A stretch of DNA of 43,671 nucleotides from the NCBI GenBank assembly GCA_030167865.1, contig JALAGF010004489.1:1-43671 (forward strand). The letters are read 5' to 3'. This DNA is from Craspedostauros australis (lineage: Eukaryota). Position numbers and translations under genes: made by a program. The notes beneath the pieces are model-generated. The model had not been told where the DNA came from. It saw only the letters and a program-made list of their open reading frames with translations, and did no database searches. The first letter of the stretch is position 1. Each line of letters starts with the position of its first letter. This document shows positions 1-11,081 of the stretch, piece after piece.

Positions 1-1848
1 ATGCAGGACAGATAGCTGGTAAATTTTAGTGTTGGTAGGATTGAGTGAATGTTAATCCGGAGCAAAAGAGTGCGGATGTTGGTGGTTTTTTGCAAGTTGG
101 TGCTGTTTCCCTCGTAGCGGCTCTGTAGAGTTGTACCAGGATTCGACTACTTCGACCCTGTAGCCCCTTGTGGCCTCTTGTGGCCCCAAATGGGGGCGAC
201 ACAAAAAGCGGATAGGCAGTAGAGACAGACAGGAAGCAAGTTTACATAGTAGAATGACAATGAGGCGGTTCAGCGACTTTGAAATGTCACCATTTCTTGC
301 CATTCCGTCCACGCCACAACCAACAGAATACGTGTAACTACCAGTTAGAATTAATGGCCTCGCAAATACCATATTGGGACACCCTAAATATTTTAATCAA
401 AGGGGTCCAATTTGTCGTGCTTGATACCTCCTGTGCAGTCTTGTGTTTTGCACGGACGAAAACTGACCATCAACATCACAATTGTGTTAGCGTGGGAATT
501 AAACCAAGACTGCCAAACGTGATCTTCATCCTCCATGCAGGAAGGCCAGGATACATCTCCTATCAATTGCATGCCTGCGACATCAAACAAAGATCGCCCA
601 AGACTTCTGATCTTGGCATGAGTGGACAGGCATGGAAGAACACACCTGTGAGCGATGCATTGCACGAAACAACATGTCAAAACAGGCACGATCGATCATC
701 TGAACATCTTGAAGTCATGTGGGTTTTTCATGGTGAATATGTTCACAACATTGCCATTCACACTGTTCATTCTGCTCCCATTCATTCAGATGATCCATCA
801 ATAGTCATAAAATTGCAAAGCTTTCACATTACAACCAAACACTTTCACAAACAAACAAATTTCCTTTCAGCCTACGTTCCTTTTGTACACCCCGACATCA
901 CACGATTTTCTCTTGAAGTCGGTCCGGGTTACAACTTTGATTCCTTGTACAACAAGACAAGAAGAAAACCAACATCACAAAGACTCCCTTTCACCATGCT
1001 CAATCAAGAACAACTTCACCCTCTTTCTTTCACTGGCCTAAGTCAACGGGCACAACCCAGCAGCAAGAAGAGCGCAACTGCTTCAGTCCAATCAGGACTC
1101 TCTACAACACACACGGAACTACCTAAAATCCAACTCTACCCACTCTTGTATCATAATCCTATGGGCATCATCTCCATTGAAGATGCCATGCAAGCAAGCG
1201 ACAACATGCAAAGCATTCGCGTCGCAGCTTCGTCTACTTGTTTGTTTGGAGCCAAAAGCAAATGGACGAAGTTGAAAGAACACAACGAAACGAGTGAAGG
1301 TCGCATTGATTCCCAACACGCTTTATCCTTAGCAATTGCGCGCAAATACAACGAATGTATGATAGTCTTGGGGACGTAAGTGGTGCTACGGCTAGGAATA
1401 ATCAAGACAGACGACGAACTCGATGGGGAGCTAAATCGTGTGCATCTTCCTGAACCAACCAAAAACTTGGGGAGCGGATGCGCACAAACCACAGAACGCA
1501 ACGAAACCAAACGCGGCAATACGCACGAACACGGACACTGACAATGGTGCAAACGACACAACAAGTTGCGCAAAAGTACGGCACAAGATCTTGATTCGGC
1601 TTCGCCACCGACGTCCTCCATCCAACTTCTCCCTCCGCAGTGCCAGCAAGGTGACCAAGGGGTGCCTTGAAGTCGTCGCATCGGTGACGTTCCACAACAA
1701 GAGGAAGCCGTAGTCCTCAATATAAAATATTATATTACAGAATACGACACTAACTCGCTCACTCGCTCACCCACTCACTCACACGCTCACTCAGGAAGCA
1801 ACCAACCAGACAACCAGACAAACTAAGAGAGAAAGAGACGGATCGACC

Positions 1849-4344
1849 ATGAGGGGCTTCACTGAGGCGGTGCCGCTGTCGCTGTCCAGCATGGCGCACA
1901 TGACCATGCCTCTGGAGGAGGGCGTGGTGGACGGCATCAAGCAGGTGCTGCAGCACACCCTGCTGAGCTGCGTGAACTACGCCCGCGCCATGATCGCGCC
2001 GTGCTCCTGGACCTTCTCCGACCTCGGCACGTCCGCCTTCGCGTGGAGGGCGCCGCCGGAGGCCTCCAAGATCAACATCTCCGCCGATCTGCCGCCGGCC
2101 CTGCAGAAGCTAGGCTTCCAGCACGTCTACCCCCGCACCTGCTTCATCTACCTCAAGCGCAAGGACGTCGCCAACCACGGCATGCCCACGGACTACGCGC
2201 AGGAGCTGGCCCTCATCCCCACCGCCAAGCACTCCAAGCCGGAGAAGGAGTGGACGCACCACCCCAACATCCTCGGCAAGATCTCCCTGCTCTACGCCAC
2301 GCAGGAGCTCATGACGCCGGGCGAGCTCAACGGCACGGAGGGGGACGAGGACACGCCGCCCTGCGTCCTCTACAAGGTCGCGGTGGAGTACCGCAGCCTG
2401 CCAGCCACGGGCAACCGCTCGGCCGTGCAGGCGGAGGAGCTCTCCATGCTCAGCTTCGGCGGCAGCGTCGACGACGACGTCAAGTACGGCGCCCTGGCCT
2501 CGCTCTACGACGCCTTCGCCAAGTACGTCCTGGAGATATATTCCGTGCGCGGCAAGAAGTACAAATTCGATCTCATGGACAGCACCCTCAGCAACGGCAC
2601 CGTGCCAAGGTTGCCCTCCAAGCCGGTGCGCTCCGCCGCGGCCGCCATGCCCGGTCGAGGGGGAACCGGTGGTGGTGCTTCCGGAGCCGCGGGGGCCTCC
2701 GCGTCTGCCACGTCCTCGACGTCGGAGCGACCATCCAAGAGGCAGGCCACGGAAGATGCCAACCACCAGGACCCCTTCGTCAAGTCCCTTTGCGTCACGG
2801 TCACGGACCATCACGAGGCCCAGCCACCTCCGATTAAGAAGGAGCCGGGCATCGATGTGCAGCAAGGACGAGACAATACCAGCGACGACAACAACAACAA
2901 CAACAACAGCGCAAGTGCCGAAGGCGGCGATGCATCGAAAGCAGATGACACCAACGTCAAACGCCAGACCAACAGCGATGGTTCGAATGTGGATGGCGGC
3001 GGCACCAACAGCAATGCCAATGCGACCACCAAGTCTCCCTCCTACGCCATCACGCGCATCCATCTCACGATGGAAGGCCAGCTAAGAACGAAGGATCTCA
3101 AGCAGCTGCCCAACTTCCACGCCATCTCAGAAACCATACAGGCCTGCTTCCTCAGTCTGCGCGCACGACCGCCGCAGATGGCAACCTGCAGTCCGTCGGG
3201 ACACACGCTGCTGCTGGATCCCAAGGAGGCAGGACGCGTCTACATCCACGGACGTTACATCACCACATGGAGCAAGGACCCCAGGATCGCCTGCGTCAAT
3301 TCGGGACCCGCATTGTTTGGCATGCATCTGCATTCCGTGCCATTGTGGCATGGCCGCATTTTCGATTACGACCTGCTCAAGCGCAACTACGCCACGCTGT
3401 GGCAGGAGATCCTCATCGATGCGAGGTGGATGCCGTTGGAAATCAGCGCGAGGCTGCTGGCGAGGCTGTCGACCGGCAGGGATCCGCCGCATATTCGTGC
3501 TGCGACGCGCCGGCGGTTACAGCAGGAGCTCAAGGAAGCCAAGGCGGCGTCCAAGGCGGCCACCATGAATCAGTCCGCATCGGCCGATGCATCGCTGCAA
3601 GATCAGCAGCAGAACGGCGGTGGTGGCGGCATGGGAGATGGGCAGAATGGCGCGGACAGCAATGATGGCAATGCTGATGCCGACGACGACGAGGAGGATG
3701 ATGATGAAGAGGACAGCGCTCCAATCAGTGTCAAGGTGGACTGTTTGGAAACGCAGGTGATGAAATCGTTGGATCTGGACCCTGTCGGCATCAGCGCCAG
3801 GGCGCTGGCAACGCGTTTCAAGATGCATCACGGTCCCGACGCATTCCCCTGCAGATCCTACGAAGTCAATTGGGTCAAGGAACGATTGCCGCACAAAACC
3901 CCCGTCGTCGTCCCGGCCCGCCTTATTGCGATTCTGGGTCGCGGCGGATACCACAGCACGCAGCGCACCATCGACGAAAGCTGGTTCGCCGAATCTCGCA
4001 AGGCGCAGGGTGCGGCGGAGCTCGCCCTCCTTCGCATGGCGCTGACGAAGCTGATCGACGCCGGTGTCACGGACGTCTCGTTGCAGCAAATCGTGTTCGC
4101 CACCACCGTCAAGAGCATCGTGCCAGATCCGCTGTCCATGAAGCACGGCATCGTGCGACGCAACGCCGTCATGAAGCAGTACCACGTCCACGAGGGATTC
4201 CTCACGTGCAATCTCAGCAACGGCATGGCGACGTCGGAGGCGGACCAGCAGGATATGAGGGCGTACATTCTGGGCTTTCACATCGCGCAGGAGCATCCCG
4301 ATGGCAACGTCCTGACGAGGTATCTCATGCGCAACAAGAAGTGA
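1849..4344 (+). CDS. Hypothetical protein, 831 aa, with low-complexity linkers; C-terminal half weakly resembles the region downstream of GHKL-type ATPase domains in uncharacterised proteins
   Basis: Long ATG-initiated single-exon ORF with strong C/G third-position bias; ordered-looking block LLLDPKEAGRVYIHGRYI...LFGMHL...LWQEIL; poly-N and acidic tracts. Confidence 0.8.
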   Translation: MRGFTEAVPLSLSSMAHMTMPLEEGVVDGIKQVLQHTLLSCVNYARAMIAPCSWTFSDLGTSAFAWRAPPEASKINISADLPPALQKLGFQHVYPRTCFIYLKRKDVANHGMPTDYAQELALIPTAKHSKPEKEWTHHPNILGKISLLYATQELMTPGELNGTEGDEDTPPCVLYKVAVEYRSLPATGNRSAVQAEELSMLSFGGSVDDDVKYGALASLYDAFAKYVLEIYSVRGKKYKFDLMDSTLSNGTVPRLPSKPVRSAAAAMPGRGGTGGGASGAAGASASATSSTSERPSKRQATEDANHQDPFVKSLCVTVTDHHEAQPPPIKKEPGIDVQQGRDNTSDDNNNNNNSASAEGGDASKADDTNVKRQTNSDGSNVDGGGTNSNANATTKSPSYAITRIHLTMEGQLRTKDLKQLPNFHAISETIQACFLSLRARPPQMATCSPSGHTLLLDPKEAGRVYIHGRYITTWSKDPRIACVNSGPALFGMHLHSVPLWHGRIFDYDLLKRNYATLWQEILIDARWMPLEISARLLARLSTGRDPPHIRAATRRRLQQELKEAKAASKAATMNQSASADASLQDQQQNGGGGGMGDGQNGADSNDGNADADDDEEDDDEEDSAPISVKVDCLETQVMKSLDLDPVGISARALATRFKMHHGPDAFPCRSYEVNWVKERLPHKTPVVVPARLIAILGRGGYHSTQRTIDESWFAESRKAQGAAELALLRMALTKLIDAGVTDVSLQQIVFATTVKSIVPDPLSMKHGIVRRNAVMKQYHVHEGFLTCNLSNGMATSEADQQDMRAYILGFHIAQEHPDGNVLTRYLMRNKK

Positions 4345-4713
4345 ACGGGGTTGCGCGCGTCCATGACACGATACAAACGGCCGTGGCAACGACGATGATG
4401 ACAATGTTACAGTCGCAGCTGCAGGAATAGTACTATGTTGCTGCCGCTGTTGCTGCAGTTACATTAGTAGGAGGGGATTTGACGAGCAGTTTCAATAGAT
4501 TATTGTTTGAAGAAATGTTGCTGTGGCGGGGGAGTCGGAGTGCAATGCCAAGGTTCTGCGCCTGATAACACTGCGCTCTGTTTGTGCAGCACAGTAGGAG
4601 TACACTTTCATTCGGCTCTCTCCTTGCAATGAAGAGTGTTCTGCCTTATTTGCCGACTACTATTAGGAGTATTGTACTGTGTTGTGTCGTATTGTACTTC
4701 CAACAACAAGTGT

Positions 4714-5757
4714 CTACCTCCACCAAACATTCACGCTGGTGCTCATGTCAATGGAACGAACTTGATGCCACCACTTGCTTGGGATGAAGATGATGTCGCC
4801 CGGATGCACGATGCACTCCTCGAACGGGAATGGGGCATGCTCGTGGAACAGCGGATACTGCTTCTCGTCGCTGGGTGAGATTTGTTCGACATTCACCGGC
4901 GACGTGTTGGATTGCTGCTGATCCGTTCCGGCGTAATGCCACATGGTCTTGTTTTGGATGGGGTCGGCGCACACGAAGCGCTTGCGGCCGCGGATCTGCA
5001 GCAGCAGATTGTCCAAAGGATCATGGTGCAGCGGCGACACGCAACCGCGCGGTCCCAACCACCACATCGTCTGGTACAGGCGACCGTTTCCGATGCCGAA
5101 GCTGTCGTTTGTGCAAAGCTGGGGCACGACGATGTCGTTGTGCAAGTAGTCGGGCAGCTCGTTCTGCGCCATGTACACGAGATGCTCCTTGGGAGGAAGA
5201 TCCTGACGCAGCAGCTGCATCAATTCCGATGCGTCGCCAGTTCGCGCCGCCGCCACAAGATCGTCGGTGGGGCCCGTCGCGCCGTATTGCTGTTCGAACA
5301 TTTCGAGATACAGAAAGTAGTCGGCGATGGGAATCTCTGGACGTTCGACACCCGGCGTGGTGTAGGAACCGCCGATTTCGATCTGTGCCGTTCCGTTCTT
5401 GTGTGCTTCTTTCAGATAGGAGGCCTCGCTCCATTTGCGAATGGCCGGCATGCCATTGGCGGCACCACGCAAGACGCATGGCCGTTTGGCGACGTAGTGT
5501 GGTCGCAGGGCATCGGCGATGCGTTGTTGCAGCGCGTTGGCGTCGTCGTCGTTATCGCCATGACTGTTGCGCACGTCCACCTCTGCCATTGGGGTTGTTG
5601 GGATTGCAGCAGATGATGCGCTTGTGGAAAGTCTGGCCTTGGACGACGATGATGGCGTCTGCAGGTCATGTTGGAGCGGGAGCCGTCGTTGATCTCGAAG
5701 CCTGATGAAGCTTCGCGTCAGCACACGGTATGAGCCGTGGATCGGAAGAGGCATCAT
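4714..5757 (-). CDS. JmjC-domain 2-oxoglutarate/Fe(II) oxygenase (JMJD5/KDM8-FIH-like, cupin_8 group)
   Basis: RPCVLRG...AIRKWS, YMAQ, WLGPRGCVSPLHHDPLDNLLLQIRGRKRF (HxD) and PGDIIFIPSKWWHQVRS...SVNVWW (distal His). Confidence 0.92.
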   Translation of the reverse strand: MMPLPIHGSYRVLTRSFIRLRDQRRLPLQHDLQTPSSSSKARLSTSASSAAIPTTPMAEVDVRNSHGDNDDDANALQQRIADALRPHYVAKRPCVLRGAANGMPAIRKWSEASYLKEAHKNGTAQIEIGGSYTTPGVERPEIPIADYFLYLEMFEQQYGATGPTDDLVAAARTGDASELMQLLRQDLPPKEHLVYMAQNELPDYLHNDIVVPQLCTNDSFGIGNGRLYQTMWWLGPRGCVSPLHHDPLDNLLLQIRGRKRFVCADPIQNKTMWHYAGTDQQQSNTSPVNVEQISPSDEKQYPLFHEHAPFPFEECIVHPGDIIFIPSKWWHQVRSIDMSTSVNVWWR

Positions 5758-6225
5758 GCCTACTGCAACCGAGACTTTGTGAGTGCGCAGCCGCGCTCAC
5801 AGACAGAGGTGTACTCGTGTGTATGGTAGAGCAGCGGTGTATCCTCGACGAGTATGAATGTTCTCGGAATGTTCAGGATACGTACAGTGATGACGGTTGA
5901 TGGGTAATGGCTTGTGGGAGGGTGAGATCGTTGTGGAACTGAACACGAGGAGATCTTGTTTGGATACTTTGGTGAACAGATGCTTCCAGTCACGGACGAC
6001 AAAACTATTGCTACAAACTCCGAATGCTTCCAAATCACTCGTGATTCGAGTTTAGGAAAGAGCTACGCAGAGGACACCAATTTGGCGCCAAAAAAGATCT
6101 CTATCCAACCTCCGCATCTCCTCTCTTGCGCCTGTGCTTCATGCGTGTGTCTGCACCTTCATGATGCCTCCCATTTCTTCCGCAGCCATGCAGCCATGCA
6201 CCCATTCGCTCTTTGCAGAGACCTC

Positions 6226-7884
6226 TCACGGAGGCAACATGATGTGCTGCAACAAGATGGCCTTGTCGTGGATGATGCCGTTGGCGTCTTCATCGTCGAG
6301 GAAGTTGACCATGACGAAGGTGTTGCCGGTGCTAGATTTCCTCCCGGGCGGCTGCACCACCGTCGCTTGGTAGAATGCAGTTGTGTCTGGGTAGATGGCG
6401 AAGACGGCATCGCCGCGGGCCAGGTTCTTGAGATCGCCGAGGATGGCGACCTGCGGTTGCGGCAGCGAGAAGGCTGCGGATGGTAATCATCGTTTGCGTA
6501 TTTGCAGATGCGAGGGAAATCAGAGAATCATGATGGAACGGTGAGGCATGAGGGACAGAATGGCATGAACGCCTCGTGACGTCTGCAATCAATATCGTGT
6601 ACGCGGTGCTGTGCTGTGTTCCATGCATCAAACGAACGATGAACACGAAGCCGGATGTGTCTGCACCAGCGCGCGAACTTACTCTTGTTGCTTTCCACAT
6701 CTTCGTCGGACAGCTTGTACATTCCCGTGTGAGGATCGTAGGAGATGACCTTGGCCAGAATCCATTCCGACCCACCAGCCGTTGGTTGGATGGCGGCAAG
6801 ATCGTTGGGCTTAGCGGCGCCAGGGACCTGGAAATCGCCTGACCGCTGTGATCATTATCGACAGAAAATGCGGGGGGAAGCACAGTGGTTTTGCAGAGAG
6901 ACAAAGACAGCGTGTGCAAATAGATAGATAGATAGATGTCAGTGCATTTCGAATAGTTGCGCATGAGCGCAGTATTCATCTGCCTCATCACAACACAGTT
7001 GGCAATTGCACTCACTTTGCGCAAAGCGGTGTGGTGCTGCCATATTGCATTTAATGCAACAGCATGCAACAATTTATCGGCCTTCCATACAGTCACTGGC
7101 ACGGCGCGTACCTGCAGAACCTGCTCAAGATGCTTGAGATCTTCATCCAGCCGGTCACAAACGTCTTCGATCAAGGCGCAGCTCTGATCCGCGATTGCGC
7201 ATTTCTCAGCGGCGTACTGCTCCGCACTCTGGTGACATTCCCGTATCCGGCTGTACATGTCTTCGTTGTGAATGTATTCGGCCAATTCTTCTGTTGTGGG
7301 GACGACGAGATTGTCGTCTGCCGTTGCCTTGCTCTTGGCGCTGCCTCTTTTGCGTTTGGCAACGCGTATGCCCCTGTTGTCGACCACATCCAGACCCAGA
7401 ACCTTCTTTTCGGCGTCGTCAACATACTGCTGCTGCAGCTTCATCATTTCTTGGATCGTTTCGCTGCGGTTGCGATCGTGTTCGAATGATGCACGGAACA
7501 TGATGGTTGGATGTTTAATATAATAGAATGCATGCAATGTATGGGTGCAATGTATAGATGCAATGTATCGATGCAATGTGTGAGTGAGATCAGCTGAGCA
7601 CGCTCATTCGACACGAAATTCGAGTGAGAGGGCTGGAACCGTTCCTCATGATAGCCATCCGTGTCCTTTTGCGGACCTCCATCCGCCTCACATACCCCCA
7701 CACTACGGATAGCAACCTGTGGATCAAAAGAAGAGACAATGATCCGTGTTGTATCCCATCAAACAACTCACTTCGATGATCGATCGAGAGACTGGATGAG
7801 ATCCATATTGCGCTTGATTTCGTGCGGGATCGTGGAGATCTCCTCAACGAAGGACTCCAGGTAGGTTACATCGCTGCGCGTCAT
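6226..7884 (-). CDS. Spliced gene, 291 aa: ING N-terminal coiled-coil plus SGF29-type tandem Tudor. Exons 7884-7772, 7463-7112, 6845-6683, 6473-6226
   Basis: Three GT..AG introns (donors GTGAGT, GTACGC, GTAAGT; CAG acceptors) give an 876-nt in-frame CDS. TYLESFVEEISTIPHEIKRNMDLIQSLD and EKCAIADQSCALIEDVCDRLDEDL are ING-N-like. EWILAKVISYD...YKLSDED and VFAIYPDTTAFYQATV...VNFLDDED are SGF29-like. Confidence 0.88.
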
Positions 7885-10833
7885 GGTTGCTGGCAATCTA
7901 GATCGTGGATCCTTTGTGTGCGAGATATGGTGTTGTACGGTACGACTATGATACTCGCAAGCACTTGGAAATGGTGAAAGTAGCGTCCTTCATGAGACCA
8001 TCAAAGGTGATGATTGCCGCTGTGATGGTGTTTGTGAAGCAGCTCTTTGCGCTTGTTGTTGGCGCCAACCTGTTGTCGTCTTGCTTCTCTTGGTGGCGCC
8101 ACCCTTCGGCAAACGAATATACATTTAATGTGTATTTCACCCAACTTACATTACGACGTATTTTATGAATTTACCGCAGATTCTCACGACCATGTTCAAC
8201 CGCCTTCAAAACCCAGCGCGGACTGGAATCGAGAAAGTGGACACGCTCATCCATCCTGTTCCGAACACGGCGAGCTCCAATCAACCACCTCCGATCAGGG
8301 GAAATAGTATTACAGAAATCGAGTTCTTTGTGGTCGAAGCGGATCGCTGCACGGATGAGGCGACATGGGAGAATCAGAAGGAGATGCAAATCCAACGTCG
8401 TGAACGTGTGCTCGTTGTGCGACAAGGTCAAGGCAAGGCAATACTCACGCGTCCTCTATTGTGATGCGCCTCCTTTGGATTCTATCGCAACTTCGCCACA
8501 CCTCGATCGCCATTACCATTTCCTTCTGAGGCCTCCACAAACAAGGATGCAATCGCGGAGAGGTCTGGCTCTTCGGCGACTCTGGAAGATTCATCCATCC
8601 GTGAGCGATGTGTGCAAGGAGGCCAACATGGATGCGGTAGCGTAGTATTCTATTATTATTCTACGATCTATAACACACCCCCATGAGACAGAAGGGAAGT
8701 TAAAGATGAGCGAATTACAATACTCAACTATACCCCACTCGACGATAGAATTGTGTAGGTGGGGGCGGATGAAAGACTACCAAAGAGCAAGGAAGAGAAA
8801 TGGCGCGCTTCCGGGAAGAACGGAGAAACGGAATACGATACTCCGCCCCTTGAGAGCATTTTGAAGGTGCGGCTGTGCCATGTCATGTGTAACTCGTTCA
8901 TCCGGCTGCAGATAATGAGGGAGGAGAGTAGAGAGGCGAAGTTCTTCGCATGACGGAGATGGTAATGGAGGTGGTGGCTCGAGCTTGTTCCAGAACCAAC
9001 CCAGATTCCAAACGGTGCCACTTGCGGTTCGTAGCATGACAGTTATCATTGACACGCCCTTGTGTGGGTGTCTCGATACCCACGAGAGGTCCCAGGGAAG
9101 AAACACCCGGTTGTTGTCTCGCTCTTTGGACTATATCTCTTTGGTGTGGTACGATCTAGACATGTATAATACCATGTAGAGGGTGCCTCATGGTTGTTCT
9201 GGTCGTCAACTTCACCTTTCTATTCATCATCTTGCTTGTGTATGTTGCTTGAGGCTTGGTACAGACTGAGGGTACTACCTATTACACTCTGTTCCACTCG
9301 ATTCTCCTCTCCTCTACGAGCTCCTCTTGTGGTGCGATACCACGCTTCGCTGACGTCTGCCTGTGCTGGGACTACCTACACTTGTGGTTGTTGTTGCCTG
9401 GGTGCGAATGGACCAATGCGAGTGAGTTCTGATGTTGATGGTGTTCCGCATGGCGAGGACACGTCACGTCATGTTGACCGGAAGAGTTCGGGACCACTCA
9501 GCAAGATGCTTCCTTCTCTGTTTCTTTGTGCGATAAATTGGAGGTTCCTTATTTAACGCTGAATGTGGCTGACACTTGTCCTTTCCAAAGGCGTGGCGCT
9601 TCTTTTTTTCCGATGAGACATAAAGTTACTTATGGGACTCTGCAACCACATGTGACATTCTGTGATCACAAATTGGGATGATCCCACGAATTCCTTGGAG
9701 CAGAGACATCGGTTTGGGAGGGTTTCGTTGATGCTCTTGGTTGGTCGAGGAGCAGCGACGATGGTGTTCGTGTGGATGCCTGAAGTTGTCGTGGTGGGAA
9801 GTACGGCTTCTTGTTGGTGGCCATGGGACACGCAAGGACGAGTTTCCATCACCCTTTGCTGTCGCTGTGTTGTTTTCTTGCCAGACACCAGCCTCGATCG
9901 TATCCGCGTCCTCCTTGCCCAGGCATGGTGAATCGGTTCTTTCCTTCTTTGCCCGGCCATCCTCAACTCCATAGCGTGTCCATGAAACAGGCGGCCATCA
10001 GTCTTTGATAGCGCGGTGAAGTTGCAACTGAACGAGGAAGACTCACAGGAGAGCAAGAGACAAGCGACAACGAGCGACAACCACAAGCGAAAGCCAAACT
10101 CGGAGCCAGAGACAGTTGCAAAGATCAAGAGAAAGTCTTCGCATCGTCCACACAAAGACGACGATCGAAGCATCTTCTTGGCGAGATAAGACGAGGAGGC
10201 TCTTCAGGGTTTCGCTTTGTCTGTGAGGAGGCGATTTGACTTGCGCTGCCAAACACCCATAGCTCGTACACATTAGTACTCGTGCACGGACTGCTCCGAC
10301 TTGGCAAACATCGCTGAAGCAGGTCTCTCTCTCTTTGGTTGTCTTTGGTTGTCTTGGTGCAAGAGACAATCGGCATTGTCCCTTGGAGTACGACCATCAG
10401 TACATATTTACGATACTCGTACCTCATCAAACCGATCCACATCCAACTGAAGCATCTCCATCGCGAAGGCCATCCGTCACAGGCAACGCTCTTCTCGTCG
10501 TCTGTTCATCATCATCCAACCGCACATCCAATCCAATTCATCGTAGGTACCCGCGCCACAGCAAACCATACGATACGCCAACCCTGAGAGTGGAAGTGGT
10601 GTGAGTCCAGCTGAATTACTCTACTCTGCTCCATTCTATTCTATTGTATTCTATTGTATTTTATTCTCAACACAATTACCGCTTCAGATCAAATCGAAGC
10701 GCATACAGCACAGCGCATTGCAGACTCTACTCCTCTCTCTGGAGCGCACAATAAAGAGAGCATCATTGCGAACATTCGATACGCGAAAAGCACAACGAGG
10801 TTGAACACCATCTGCACCGACACATCATCATCG

Positions 10834-10898
10834 ACAGCAGGAGCACCAACAGCAGGAGCACCAACAGCAGGAACACCAACAGCAAGGGCACCAACAAC
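10834..10898. repeat. 15-bp tandem repeat (ACAGCAGGAGCACCA), about 4 degenerate copies
   Basis: acagcaggagcacca acagcaggagcacca acagcaggaacacca acagcaagggcacca read directly. Confidence 0.9.
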
Positions 10899-11081
10899 CG
10901 AAGAGTCGGCAGAGTGAGACCAGACCACCAAGGACAGAAACCAAAGGCCTCACAAAAGCTGAACCAAGGGTTTGTGTTTGGAAAGGCTCATTGGCCAAGC
11001 GGGAACACGGGAACACTACATACTACACACTACATCAGCACAGCACAACGTGACCATCCGGTTGCGGCAGACATCGTCGTC

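Noticed and set aside
279-1379. 366-aa ORF as a real gene
   Set aside because: Non-ATG start, His/Gln/Ile-rich composition typical of an antisense frame, codon usage unlike neighbouring genes, no domain
6332-7576. 414-aa ORF as listed in the track
   Set aside because: Only 7463-7112 is coding in this frame; the rest is intron read-through or out-of-frame exons
10828-11016. CCWCS-repeat peptide resembling a metallothionein
   Set aside because: Merely the antisense translation of the 15-bp tandem repeat; no ATG start and no coding bias
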